From: Methanobacteriota archaeon
Lineage (GTDB): Archaea; Thermoplasmatota; Thermoplasmata; RBG-16-68-12; JAFNFQ01
Length of the DNA stretch: 24,000 nt
Assembly (NCBI GenBank): GCA_017885655.1
Contig: JAFNFQ010000029.1
Location: 2,061-26,060, forward strand
Direction: 5' to 3'
The notes under the pieces are model-generated. The model had not been told where the DNA came from, did no database searches, and saw only the letters and a program-made list of their open reading frames with translations. The first letter of the stretch is position 1. Each line of letters starts with the position of its first letter. Positions 1 through 8,124 of this stretch are shown in pieces. The position numbers and the translations under genes were made by a program.

Positions 1-1
1 C

Positions 2-1183
2 AAGTCCCTTTACACGCCCGCGGACGAAACGGACATGGTGTTTCTCGGGTTCGGAGCCTTCCTCGATCCGCCGAGGGAATCGGCCAAAGAGGCGCTCAAA
101 CTCCTTGGACGTGCGGGGGTTGAGCTCAAGATACTCACCGGCGACAACGAGCTCGTGACGGCGATGGTGTGCCACAGCCTCGGCTTCAGGCCTAAGGGCG
201 TCGCGACGGGGCACGAGATAGCCGAGATGACTGACGAGAAGCTCGCCGAGGTCGTCGAGAAGAGCAACGTCTTCACTCGGCTGACGCCGGACATGAAGAA
301 CAGGATAATCGGCATACTGAAGAAGAACGGGCACGTCGTCGGATTCTTGGGGGACGGGATCAACGACGCTCCCTCGCTCAAGACGTCTGATGTCGGCATA
401 TCCGTCGACACCGCCGTCGACGTCGCGAAGGAATCCGCGGACATCATCCTCCTGAAGAAGGACCTCAGGGTGCTCGCGGAGGGCGTCTTCGAGGGGAGGA
501 AGACGTTCGGGAACACGATGAAGTACGTGATGATGGGCACGAGTTCGAACTTCGGCAACATGTTCAGCGCGGCTGGCGCGGCGGTGTTCCTCCCGTTCCT
601 CCCGATGCTGCCAATCCAGATCCTGCTGAACAACCTGCTCTACGACATTTCGGAACTGGGCATACCAACGGACAACGTGGACCAGGAATACGTCGAGAAG
701 CCCCGCAAATGGGACATCAAGTTCATACGGAAATTCATGCTCACGTTCGGTCCGATAAGCTCGGTGTTCGACTTCCTTACTTTCTTCACGATGATCGCGT
801 ACTTCACGCTGCAGGAACCCCGCATGTTGGATGCATCCCTGTTCCAGACGGCCTGGTTCGTCGAGTCGCTGTCGACGCAGACGCTCATCATATTCGTTAT
901 ACGAACTCGGAGGATCCCGTTTTACAAGAGCAGGCCGAGCAGAATACTCACTGTGACGAGCATCGGAGTCGTCGCTCTTGCCTGGATCATACCGTACACG
1001 CCCCTCGGCGAACTATTCGGGTTCAAGCCCCTGCCTTGGGCGTTCCTGCTGGTGCTGCTGGGCATGATCGTGGTGTACATGACGCTGGTGGAGGTCATCA
1101 AGAAAGGTTTCTACAACAGCACCACCGCCAAGCAGCCGCCAGAGAGAGGAATGAAACCGAGGTCGAATCCAGCGAAGGTCTAG
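2..1183 (+). CDS. mgtA: Mg2+-transporting P-type ATPase (MgtA-type), C-terminal part; 5' end lies outside the window
   Basis: The frame is open from base 2 (KSLYTPADETDM...) to TAG at 1181-1183. It has the P-type hinge motif GDGINDAPSL and the MgtA-typical stretch SSNFGNMFS..FLPFLPMLPIQILLNNLLYD, followed by hydrophobic C-terminal helices. Confidence 0.9.
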   Translation, partial: KSLYTPADETDMVFLGFGAFLDPPRESAKEALKLLGRAGVELKILTGDNELVTAMVCHSLGFRPKGVATGHEIAEMTDEKLAEVVEKSNVFTRLTPDMKNRIIGILKKNGHVVGFLGDGINDAPSLKTSDVGISVDTAVDVAKESADIILLKKDLRVLAEGVFEGRKTFGNTMKYVMMGTSSNFGNMFSAAGAAVFLPFLPMLPIQILLNNLLYDISELGIPTDNVDQEYVEKPRKWDIKFIRKFMLTFGPISSVFDFLTFFTMIAYFTLQEPRMLDASLFQTAWFVESLSTQTLIIFVIRTRRIPFYKSRPSRILTVTSIGVVALAWIIPYTPLGELFGFKPLPWAFLLVLLGMIVVYMTLVEVIKKGFYNSTTAKQPPERGMKPRSNPAKV

Positions 1184-1211
1184 AGCGGTCGCGCACCGTC
1201 ACCGGCTAGGG

Positions 1212-1219
1212 TTTTATAT
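1212..1219 (+). promoter_or_regulatory. TATA-like box (TTTTATAT) for the tRNA-Thr gene
   Basis: This is the only A/T-rich octamer in a GC-rich spacer. It is centred about 28 nt upstream of tRNA position 1 (1244), which is the usual archaeal spacing. Confidence 0.5.
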
Positions 1220-1243
1220 CGCCGGGTGCATGAACCAACCCGC

Positions 1244-1317
1244 GCCACCATAGCTCAGCTGGCCAGAGCAGCTGCCTTGTAAGCAGCGGGTCGGGAGTTC
1301 AAATCTCCCTGGTGGCT
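1244..1317 (+). tRNA. tRNA-Thr (anticodon UGU)
   Basis: Hand-folded cloverleaf. Acceptor GCCACCA(1244-1250)/TGGTGGC(1310-1316); D stem GCTC/GAGC; anticodon stem GCTGC/GCAGC with loop CT-TGT-AA (anticodon 1278-1280); T stem GGGAG/CTCCC with loop TTCAAAT; discriminator T1317. No CCA is encoded. Confidence 0.93.
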
Positions 1318-1477
1318 CTTCGACTGTTGACTCGGAGGGCAAAGGCAGAGAGGATGCATTGCCCCCGCGAAAAAGAAATCGAAACGAGCGATCCAACATC
1401 CCGACGATACTTCGATTTGTCCGCTCGCCTTCCCAGGGTCTGGAGGAGTCATCGTTCTCAAGGACCCCGTCGCTGAC

Positions 1478-1885
1478 GTGGCTCCGGGCATTCTTCCAGC
1501 AGAGGGATATCTCAGCGCGCTCGATGCGCGGGGCTTGCTCAAGGACGCGAAGTTCATCAACGTCGGTTACGGCACGGACGAGAGCATGCCGGCGAACAGG
1601 AAGTCCTATCCTGGGCCTGACGCGAGGTGGTCCTCCGTCTCGGGGTTCAGGTCTTTGCATGACGCCTGGCTGTATATGTCCGGGAACCCGCACCTGGGTT
1701 ATGGCGGGACGTGCTACGGTGATTCAGGTGGACCGACACTGCACAAGGACGCGGCGGGAGTGGAGACGATAGTGGCGCTCACTGTCTGGGGAGACGCGCC
1801 GTGCAAGTCGACGAACAACAACTACAGGGTGGACACGGGGGAGTCGCTGGCTTTCGTCCTAGATATGATCGGGCGCAATGGTTAG
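1478..1885 (+). pseudogene. Chymotrypsin-fold (S1) serine peptidase, C-terminal fragment only
   Basis: Carries the catalytic-serine motif CYGDSGGP. The frame is open only back to 1331, 14 nt after the tRNA, and the first possible start is GTG at 1478. The N-terminal half with the catalytic His is absent. The position expected for the catalytic Asp reads GGVIVLK rather than D-I-A-L-L-K. Confidence 0.55.
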
Positions 1886-1910
1886 ATAACTTCACTCATT
1901 TTCCCGCCGC

Positions 1911-2636
1911 ATGGCAGTCGACATCAAAGCGGAGAGGGCGTGGATCGTCTCGCGCCTCAAAGCGCTCGGAAAGCCCGGCGGCAATCCCAAGTTGCAGGCC
2001 TACATCGGGTCGCCCTATCCCGTGCTCGGCCTCTCGACCCCGCAATTCAGAGACCTGCACAAGGAATTCAGGAGCAGGCAGTCGGGACTCAAAGCCTCTG
2101 AAGTGAATGCACTGGCGAAGGCGCTGTGGTCCGGCGGCACATGGGAGGAAAAGGCGTTCGCAATTGGCATCCTCAGCAGGAACGAGGGGGTGCTTGACGA
2201 GTCCTCTTGGAAACTGATGGACCAGATGGTGGATCAGGCGATCGGCTGGGCGCTCAGCGACGGCCTAGCCTCCGGTCCAGTAGGCGCATACGTGCACTCG
2301 CATCCCGCCAAGTTCAAGGATTTGATCAAGTGGACGAGAGCCGAGCACTTCTGGCGGCGGCGGGCATCCACTTACGCACTCAGCGAGTTCGTGAGCGCGC
2401 GTGAACTGGACAAACCATTCAGGCTGCTGGAGAAGCTCCTCTACGACAGTGAGTTCTGGGTCCAGAGGGCGGTGGGGACGTGGCTGAGGGAGTGCTGGAA
2501 GAAGGATCAGAAGAGGACAGAGGCATTCCTGAGGAAGCACGTCAAGGGACTGCCGCCGGTCACGATCACGGTTGCGACCGAGCGAGCGTCCAAGAGCTTC
2601 AGGGAGGAATTGAGAAGGAACAGCAAGCGAGGTTAG
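1911..2636 (+). CDS. DNA alkylation repair protein family (AlkC/AlkD-like HEAT-repeat protein)
   Basis: ATG-initiated 241-aa ORF. The helical-repeat pattern and conserved stretches (..KLQAYIGSPYPVLGLSTPQFR.., ..WVQRAVGTWLRE..) resemble the 'DNA alkylation repair enzyme' family as I remember it. Confidence 0.65.
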   Translation: MAVDIKAERAWIVSRLKALGKPGGNPKLQAYIGSPYPVLGLSTPQFRDLHKEFRSRQSGLKASEVNALAKALWSGGTWEEKAFAIGILSRNEGVLDESSWKLMDQMVDQAIGWALSDGLASGPVGAYVHSHPAKFKDLIKWTRAEHFWRRRASTYALSEFVSARELDKPFRLLEKLLYDSEFWVQRAVGTWLRECWKKDQKRTEAFLRKHVKGLPPVTITVATERASKSFREELRRNSKRG

Positions 2637-2730
2637 AGTCACATCCACGGATTCGCTTCGACATTATGATGTGGGTTCTCGCGATGGTTTTTCGTGTCAT
2701 TTCCCATCCCGGTCGCACGACATCAGACCG

Positions 2731-3189
2731 TCATGACTTGGCTTCCGACGTCGCTGAAATCAGCGTTGCGTGATCAACGCACTCGAAGCCTTCCTTCTGG
2801 AGTATATCGACGCCGTGTTCTGGCGGCACTCCTCCGATAGCAATCAGCACCACGACCTTCCCGCGAACTGGCTTCGCGGCGGTGTAGGAGTATTGGATAT
2901 TTGCGCCGTGCGCGGCAAGCGCGGCCGAGACTTTCCAGAACTCGCCCGGCTGATCGGCGACCAGGACCGCGACGAGCTTCGACTCCGTCACGGCGAGGTT
3001 GTGCTTGACCAGAGCTTCCCTCGCGACCTTGGGCTTGTCGAGGACGATTCGCACCGTGGATCCACCGACGTCCTCGCGCACCATGATTGCGTGCATGTTC
3101 ACGCCGGCCTCGGCGATTGCGCGGGAAAGCTTCTCGAGCTCGCCAGGGCGGTTTGGCAGGAGGACCTGTGTCTGGATGACGAATGACAT
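2731..3189 (-). CDS. Tandem ACT-domain protein (small-molecule-binding regulatory protein)
   Basis: Start placed at the internal ATG (3189, MSFVIQTQVLLPNRPGELEKLS..). There are two ACT-like beta-alpha-beta-beta-alpha-beta units (..LLPNRPGELEKLSRAIAEAGVNM.. and ..VLVADQPGEFWKVSAALAAHGANI..). A CTTTATC box at 3216-3222 lies about 30 nt upstream. Confidence 0.75.
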   Translation of the reverse strand: MSFVIQTQVLLPNRPGELEKLSRAIAEAGVNMHAIMVREDVGGSTVRIVLDKPKVAREALVKHNLAVTESKLVAVLVADQPGEFWKVSAALAAHGANIQYSYTAAKPVRGKVVVLIAIGGVPPEHGVDILQKEGFECVDHATLISATSEAKS

Positions 3190-3338
3190 GCGAGGACGAA
3201 GAGGCGCCTCTACCCGATAAAGTCTTTCTGCATGGCGAGGTTCTGGCCCGGGTATCCATATCAACTCGATGGTCGGTTCACCCGCTATCCCTCTCCTTCA
3301 TGATGGGGTGTGCTGGCAGACATCAGATGCGTCCGCAA

Positions 3339-3430
3339 CCGCAATCTACTTCAGTAGTTTCACGTCATGTCACGCAAGCATCCTTCCACAACGAGACCAT
3401 CCTTTCTAATTGTGGACGGTCTCATTTTTC
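3339..3430 (+). repeat. Copy A of a ~92-nt dispersed repeat ending in a hairpin plus T-tract
   Basis: Shares with 8881-8973: CCGCAATCTACTTCAG.AG.TTC, then ~15 variable nt, then CAAGCATCC.TCCACAAC, then a hairpin (GAGACCATCC 3393-3402 / GGACGGTCTC 3414-3423) and T5 (3425-3429). Confidence 0.7.
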
Positions 3431-3533
3431 CAGATGTCCCTTCGAACAGAGTCAAGCACGGTTGAGGACGAGTGACATTGGTGGGAATGGACTCCACTAA
3501 GCACAGCTTCTTGGAAAGCGCCATGGCGCGACA

Positions 3534-4127
3534 TCAGACGGTCCGCCCTCGCGTAGGCGAGCGGGAGGGGATCAGTGGAGACTCAAGCGGCGACGAGGTC
3601 CTTCCCTGCTCCTCATCCGTCACCATCTCCCTCGCCAAGTAACTGATGGCCTCCTTCACGTTCTCGCCGGTCTTGGCGCTGGTCTTGAGAAAGCGAAGGG
3701 CATGCGAGTTGCAGAATCTCTGGACGTCTTCGTCGAGCGACCGGTCTGCCATTTCGAAGTCTACTTTATTGGCCATGACGACGGTCGGGATCTTGCCCAC
3801 GGACGACTGCACGCTGCGTATCCAATCATCCAGCGAGTCGAGCGTCTTAGGCCTGGTCAGGTCGAACACCGCGACGATCCCCCTGACGTGGTTGAAGTAG
3901 GCTGCCTTGAACAGCTCCATGAAGTCCTTGCGGCCCATGATGTCCCAGATCATCAGGGTGATCCTGCACCCCATCTCCGGGAGATCGACTTCCCTCTTGG
4001 AAACCATGGTGCCAACGGTTCTGATGTAGGCCTCGTCAAATGTGTTGCACGCGAACCGGCGGATGAGACACGACTTCCCGACTCCCTCGTCCCCGACCAG
4101 GCACACCTTTCGCTTCATCTCGAGCAT
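3534..4127 (-). CDS. Ras/Rab-like small GTPase
   Basis: Start at ATG 4127 (MLEMKRKVCLVGDEGVGKS). G1 GDEGVGKS, G2 region RTVGT, G3 WDIMG, G4 NKVD, G5 SAK. The 65 codons upstream in the track ORF overlap the neighbouring gene and look non-coding. Confidence 0.85.
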   Translation of the reverse strand: MLEMKRKVCLVGDEGVGKSCLIRRFACNTFDEAYIRTVGTMVSKREVDLPEMGCRITLMIWDIMGRKDFMELFKAAYFNHVRGIVAVFDLTRPKTLDSLDDWIRSVQSSVGKIPTVVMANKVDFEMADRSLDEDVQRFCNSHALRFLKTSAKTGENVKEAISYLAREMVTDEEQGRTSSPLESPLIPSRSPTRGRTV

Positions 4128-4149
4128 TTCAGACTCAACCGGCGTAGTC

Positions 4150-4509
4150 TCACGTCCCGCCGTAGTGCCAGAACGTCTCGACCTCGATGCCCCGTTCGGC
4201 TGTGATGCGCTTGGCTGTCTCCAGGCACGATTGGGGAATCGTGACATGCAGCGTCGCCCACTCCGCGAAGTCCTCCAGCTGTTCCCTCGTCTCCGGCTGC
4301 TCGATCGTCTCGCAGGTCTCAACCTCGTTGTAGACCACCTTCCCGCGGTACTCGACCATGATGTCGGGGACGTGCCTGCCCACCACGGGCGGCGTCGGCC
4401 AGCCGTCCAGGTCCGCGGCCACGACCCTCGACCCCTCTTTCTGGTACGTCTGGATCTGCAGCAGGAGCATCCGGTCGTGGAGCTCCTTGTCCGAATCGCT
4501 GACTCTCAT
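4150..4509 (-). CDS. Hypothetical small protein, possible PD-(D/E)xK-like (Hjc/YraN-like) fold; paralog of 4727..5098
   Basis: Start at ATG 4509 (MRVSDSDKELHDR..). The motif HVPDIMVEYRGKVVYNEVET resembles the D...E-V-K core of small endonuclease-fold proteins, with K replaced. It lies 22 nt upstream of the GTPase gene on the same strand. Confidence 0.55.
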   Translation of the reverse strand: MRVSDSDKELHDRMLLLQIQTYQKEGSRVVAADLDGWPTPPVVGRHVPDIMVEYRGKVVYNEVETCETIEQPETREQLEDFAEWATLHVTIPQSCLETAKRITAERGIEVETFWHYGGT

Positions 4510-4555
4510 GGATTTTCTCGGTGGAAACAGTCTCCGGGGGGTCTTTAAGCGCGAT

Positions 4556-4569
4556 GTGGACATGTCCAC
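4556..4569. promoter_or_regulatory. Perfect 14-bp palindrome GTGGACATGTCCAC adjacent to a TATA-like box; candidate operator
   Basis: It lies 6 nt distal to CTTTAAG (4543-4549; CTTAAAG on the gene strand), which sits about 37 nt upstream of ATG 4509. The same arms recur at 5126-5139 and 8125-8138 in the same arrangement. Confidence 0.45.
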
Positions 4570-4726
4570 CCCGAGCCAAAGTCAGCACCATAAGGACGGA
4601 TTCTCTCATCTCCCGGGCAAGCGCTGGGAAGGCTGTCCAGAGAGAGGAGGACCGGGCGCGTTAGGAACCTAGGCTCCCTACACGCCCGGAAGCATCCCCC
4701 ACAATAGGCCGCGCATCAGTCCTAAT

Positions 4727-5098
4727 TCACCATCCCGTCACAGCTATGCCGTCCAGTCCCCAACGCTCCAGGTTGGACAGCAACCGCCAGCGCAGGGGCC
4801 AGGGCACGTACACCCTTGTCTCGCCACGTTCGTGCGAGTCCCGAAGCTTCTCTCTCGTTTCCTCAAGGTCGACCTCTTTCTCCAAGAGGATCAGGACCCG
4901 AACCGTTCGAGAACCCTTTGCCGCCCTGATGATCGGGGAGCCTGCTCCCTCCTTTGCCCGGATGGCGGTAGCCCGGAACTCGATGAATCCTTCCTTCTCC
5001 AATAGAGCCTGGCAGCGGCTGACCGCTTTCATTCTGTCTGCATCCGACACGACTCCCTTTCTGGGCATGATCATCTGCATCGCTTGCATGGTTCTCAT
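4727..5098 (-). CDS. Hypothetical small protein, degenerate paralog of 4150..4509
   Basis: Aligns by eye with the 4150..4509 product (SD..., L.KEG, P.I....KG, ETRE.L.D, ERG). The start is ambiguous among in-frame ATGs at 5098, 5089, 5080, 5074 and 5068. The upstream part of the 204-aa track ORF overlaps the divergent gene and promoter. Confidence 0.5.
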   Translation of the reverse strand: MRTMQAMQMIMPRKGVVSDADRMKAVSRCQALLEKEGFIEFRATAIRAKEGAGSPIIRAAKGSRTVRVLILLEKEVDLEETREKLRDSHERGETRVYVPWPLRWRLLSNLERWGLDGIAVTGW

Positions 5099-5113
5099 GT
5101 TCGATTCGAGACC

Positions 5114-5120
5114 TTTAATA
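5114..5120. promoter_or_regulatory. Shared TATA-like box (TTTAATA) of a divergent promoter
   Basis: The only A/T-rich element between the divergent starts. It is 24 nt upstream of ATG 5144, which implies a near-leaderless mRNA, and 19-37 nt from the candidate starts of the minus-strand gene. Confidence 0.45.
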
Positions 5121-5125
5121 CCGCA

Positions 5126-5139
5126 GTGGAACTGTCCAC
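5126..5139. promoter_or_regulatory. GTGGAACTGTCCAC inverted repeat; candidate operator overlapping the STAND-gene transcription start region
   Basis: Arms GTGGA/TCCAC are identical to those at 4556-4569. It lies between the TATA box (5114-5120) and ATG 5144 of the wHTH-STAND gene. For the divergent gene it sits on the distal side of the same TATA box. Confidence 0.4.
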
Positions 5140-5143
5140 CGCG

Positions 5144-7726
5144 ATGGCTCTGGAGGTGACCGTGGCGGAGCGGTGCCTGCTCTACTTGCTCGACAGGGTG
5201 GGAATTGCCAAGAGCGATCCGGCGTCCGAACAGCTCGTACAAGACCGCATCGCGGAGGTCATTGGTGCCCGTCGCCCGCACGTGTCGAGGGCTCTCAACC
5301 AGCTGGCGAGAGCAGGGCATGTTGACATCGAGAAGGTCCACGTACGAGGGAAGAACAGGAGGGTGCTGGGGTACTTCCTCACTCCGAATGGGGTGCGCAA
5401 GGCAGGAGGGATCAAGAGACTGGTCGAAGAGAAGAAGGTGACCGTAGTCGACCTCGAGGGCAATGAGAAGAGGCTCAGGCTCTTCGAGGCTAGGTCGCTT
5501 CTGGCGCGGAAGCCAAGGCTACTTCAGCTCGCCATGGGCGTGCAGGACGGTCGAATCGACCTGCGCCGCTTCCTGAACCTGGATAAGCGCATGCAAGGCG
5601 GGATGATGTACGACGTTGAAGAGGTGATCTCGGTCCCCCACTTCTCTGGGCGGGAAGATACCCTCGCCCGCCTCGACGGTTTCATGAAGGAGCCGAGTAG
5701 ACGGGGATTCCTGCTCGTGGGCCTGCCGGGCGTCGGCAAGACCGCTCTGGCGTCAAAGTGGGTGGCGGGAGTCAAGGGCCAAATGCATGTTCTGTGGCGT
5801 CGCGTGCAGCCCGGGAGGACGGCCAGCGACACCCTGCGCGACCTGGCAAGAGTCCTCAATGCCGCCGGCAGGCCTGCCCTCATGGAGTCTCTGCAGCAGC
5901 CTGCACAAGATTGGAGGGCGAGGTCGGTCGAGCTCCTCAAGCGGGACCTCCGTGGGATAGTCGTCCTTCTGGTTCTCGACAATGCTCACCTGGCTTCCGA
6001 GGACTTGGGGACACTTGTGTCCGAGATACTCGCAATCGAACCTGCCAACGCAAGTATCAAGGTAATCCTTCTCGGGCGAGAGCGTTGCCAGTTCATCAGG
6101 GCGGAGGACATCGCGAGGGGGAGAGTCCTCCAAGAGGAATTGCCGGATCTCTCCCAGTCTGAAGCTGAACGCATGATGGCGGCGCTGGAAGTGGACAGGG
6201 CGCGTCGAGGTCGCATTTGGGAAGTGTGCGGCGGGCACCCGCTTTCGATCGAACTAGCTGCAGAAGGTGGTGTGTCGGTCGACGCAGTCAAGGAAACATC
6301 CGCATCAAGACTGGCGCAAGAAGTGTTGTCAAGGCTAGATCCCAGGCTGCGCGAGGCCCTGGTCTTCGCCTCTGTCTTCGAGGGTTCAATTCCATTGAGC
6401 CTGCTCGGCGGTCACGGTCGCGAACTGGTCAGGTTGTGCCTCCTTCGGGACGCCGGGAACGGCCGGGCGAGCATGCACGACCTGGTAAGAGCAGCTACGG
6501 TCCGGGGTGCGTCGTCGCAAGAACTCGGAGCCTTCCACAGGCGTGCCGGTGAGTTCCTGGCGAGCAGCAAGGAACCCGGAGAAGCACTGGAAGCCGCTAG
6601 GCATTTCGTGGAATCGGAGGCGTATCCGGAAGCCGAGATCCTTGTCTCCACGAGGGGGCAGGAATTCATCGATGCGGGACTCGCCGAGATGCTGCTCTCG
6701 ACGCTTGAGAAATTGGCATGGACATCGAAGACCACCAAGAGGGAGCCCCCGCTGTCGTTGCTCCGGGCGCAAGCCTTGTTCGCGCTCGGCCGGTGGGCGG
6801 CTGCGTCCAAGGCGTACGAGCTCTGTTCGGGATTCAGGGATGGGCGGATCGCGGCGGAGGCGCTGCTGGGACAGGGCAAGGCGGAGGTTCAGAGACACTC
6901 GCCTCTGGCAGGCAATCACTTGAAGAGGGCGAAACAGAGGTTGGAGCGACTCGGTGCCCTCAGACTGCTTGTGGAGGCAGAGTACTGGGTTGGCGGACAA
7001 CTCGAGGAGACAGGAAGGATCGATGGCGCGCGCGAGGCCTACGAACGGGGCAGAGCGGTTGCCATACAGGTTGGCGATAGACGGTGGGAAGGCCTTTGCA
7101 CCTACGGAATCGGCGGCATCCTCTCGCTCAAGAAGGACTATGCTGGCGCGGCCGAAGAGGACGAGGAGGCGCTGCGACTGCTCGAACGTGACGGTCAGCG
7201 ATTGGAAATCGCCAAGGTGTGCAGTGGATTGGGCGGGGAGTTGATGGAGCTCGGGCGGTATGAGGAATCCGAGAAGTATCTCATGCGCGCAATCGCAGAA
7301 TCACGGGCGACCGGGGCAGTTGGTGTGCTCGCATCCGCGCTGTTCAACTTGGCGGGTCTCCGGAACGAACTGGGCCGAGGTGACGAGGCGATTCCCCTGT
7401 TCACGGAGGCTCTTTCCGAGTTTGACGCGCAGGATAAGTCTTATGAGGCCGCCCTGTGCGCTGCGTGGCTCGCTTCCTATTCATGGATGGCGGGACACGA
7501 GGAGATCGGAAATGAATACGCACGGCGGGCTCGACGGTTGCTTTCCAGGACATTGGAGCCTGCACTCCGGGTCAGGGCGTTGCGCACCTTCGCTCGCGCC
7601 GCGCTGAAGGCGGGCAATAAGGTCACCGCTCGAAAGCATCTTCGTGAAGCCCTCGCCGCCGCCAGAAAGGCCCATCTGGGAAGGGGCGGGTCCGATCTGA
7701 CGGCGGAACTGGACAAGTTGGGCTAG
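5144..7726 (+). CDS. wHTH - STAND/AAA NTPase - TPR-repeat protein (MalT/LAL-like signal-transducing regulator)
   Basis: Start at ATG 5144 (MALEVTVAERCLLYLL). N-terminal MarR/TrmB-like winged helix (..RIAEVIGARRPHVSRALNQLARAGHVDIEK.. GYFLTPNG). Walker A GLPGVGKT (5720-5743); Walker B VVLLVLDNAH. The C-terminal ~400 aa are Ala/Leu/Glu/Arg-rich helical repeats of TPR type. Confidence 0.85.
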   Translation: MALEVTVAERCLLYLLDRVGIAKSDPASEQLVQDRIAEVIGARRPHVSRALNQLARAGHVDIEKVHVRGKNRRVLGYFLTPNGVRKAGGIKRLVEEKKVTVVDLEGNEKRLRLFEARSLLARKPRLLQLAMGVQDGRIDLRRFLNLDKRMQGGMMYDVEEVISVPHFSGREDTLARLDGFMKEPSRRGFLLVGLPGVGKTALASKWVAGVKGQMHVLWRRVQPGRTASDTLRDLARVLNAAGRPALMESLQQPAQDWRARSVELLKRDLRGIVVLLVLDNAHLASEDLGTLVSEILAIEPANASIKVILLGRERCQFIRAEDIARGRVLQEELPDLSQSEAERMMAALEVDRARRGRIWEVCGGHPLSIELAAEGGVSVDAVKETSASRLAQEVLSRLDPRLREALVFASVFEGSIPLSLLGGHGRELVRLCLLRDAGNGRASMHDLVRAATVRGASSQELGAFHRRAGEFLASSKEPGEALEAARHFVESEAYPEAEILVSTRGQEFIDAGLAEMLLSTLEKLAWTSKTTKREPPLSLLRAQALFALGRWAAASKAYELCSGFRDGRIAAEALLGQGKAEVQRHSPLAGNHLKRAKQRLERLGALRLLVEAEYWVGGQLEETGRIDGAREAYERGRAVAIQVGDRRWEGLCTYGIGGILSLKKDYAGAAEEDEEALRLLERDGQRLEIAKVCSGLGGELMELGRYEESEKYLMRAIAESRATGAVGVLASALFNLAGLRNELGRGDEAIPLFTEALSEFDAQDKSYEAALCAAWLASYSWMAGHEEIGNEYARRARRLLSRTLEPALRVRALRTFARAALKAGNKVTARKHLREALAAARKAHLGRGGSDLTAELDKLG

Positions 7727-8079
7727 CCTGTCGTGCAGATCGCCGGGTCTGACAACTCAGATGCGATTCCGTCATTGTAGACCGCTTTCACGGCGAAATT
7801 GTATAATGTCATGCTCACCAGACCGGAAACGGTGTAATACGTTACCGTCACCAGATTCTGATTCGCTTTGACATAGTCTGGGTCACCGGGAGCTTTCTTA
7901 TAGATGTTGTATCCCGTGAGGTTGGCATCCAAGACTGCCTCCCAGGAGACTTGGGCCGAGTTGGAAGAGCAGGCCGCATTTACTGACTTCGGTCTGATGT
8001 GACCTGTCTCCGATTCACCCATGACCATTCCGGCCATCATCACGCACGCAAGCACCACCACGAATGTTTTCGGAATCAT
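7723..8079 (-). CDS. Secreted single fibronectin-type-III-like domain protein
   Basis: ATG 8079, preceded by AGGTGA. Signal-like N-terminus MIPKTFVVVLACVMMAGMVMG. FN3-like pattern (..AQVSWEAV....GYNIYKK......Y.V.GL...TLYNFAVKAV..). Its stop shares the tetranucleotide CTAG (7723-7726) with the convergent STAND gene. The gene is visibly more A/T-rich than its neighbours. Confidence 0.7.
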   Translation of the reverse strand: MIPKTFVVVLACVMMAGMVMGESETGHIRPKSVNAACSSNSAQVSWEAVLDANLTGYNIYKKAPGDPDYVKANQNLVTVTYYTVSGLVSMTLYNFAVKAVYNDGIASELSDPAICTTG

Positions 8080-8124
8080 GGCTCACCTGCGTCGATAGGC
8101 TTGGTGCGGTGTGATTAAAGCGCC

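Noticed and set aside
10-633. 207-aa minus-strand ORF at the window start
   Set aside because: It is antisense to the MgtA-type ATPase gene, whose motifs are unambiguous, and it has no motif of its own.
3296-3335. Possible C/D-box sRNA signals (ATGATGG ... CAGA) just upstream of repeat copy A
   Set aside because: Neither box matches the consensus (RUGAUGA / CUGA) exactly. No C'/D' pair or terminal stem is evident, and the sequence is absent upstream of copy B.
3183-3500. 105-aa plus-strand ORF covering repeat copy A
   Set aside because: It has no recognisable motif. It overlaps the ACT-gene promoter and start, and it runs through a repeat whose second copy (8881-8973) is not in a comparable reading frame. 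The conserved feature is the nucleotide element, not a protein.
10-4692. Shared 10-mer TACACGCCCG at ~11-20 and ~4680-4689
   Set aside because: Many chance 10-mer matches are expected in a 24-kb window, and one copy lies inside the ATPase coding sequence. There is no supporting context.
5753-7716. Multiple 60-200-aa ORFs on both strands inside the STAND gene (e.g. 6386..7000-, 6412..6879-, 6507..6923+)
   Set aside because: They are alternative or antisense frames of a long gene with Walker motifs and TPR repeats. They are Arg/Pro/Ser-rich low-complexity translations.
5144-7726. Avs-type antiviral STAND defence protein
   Set aside because: The architecture has the STAND NTPase and TPR sensor. 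However, the N-terminal module is a winged-helix DNA-binding domain, not a nuclease, protease, TIR or other effector. A MalT/LAL-like transcriptional regulator is the more economical reading. This is not excluded without profile searches.
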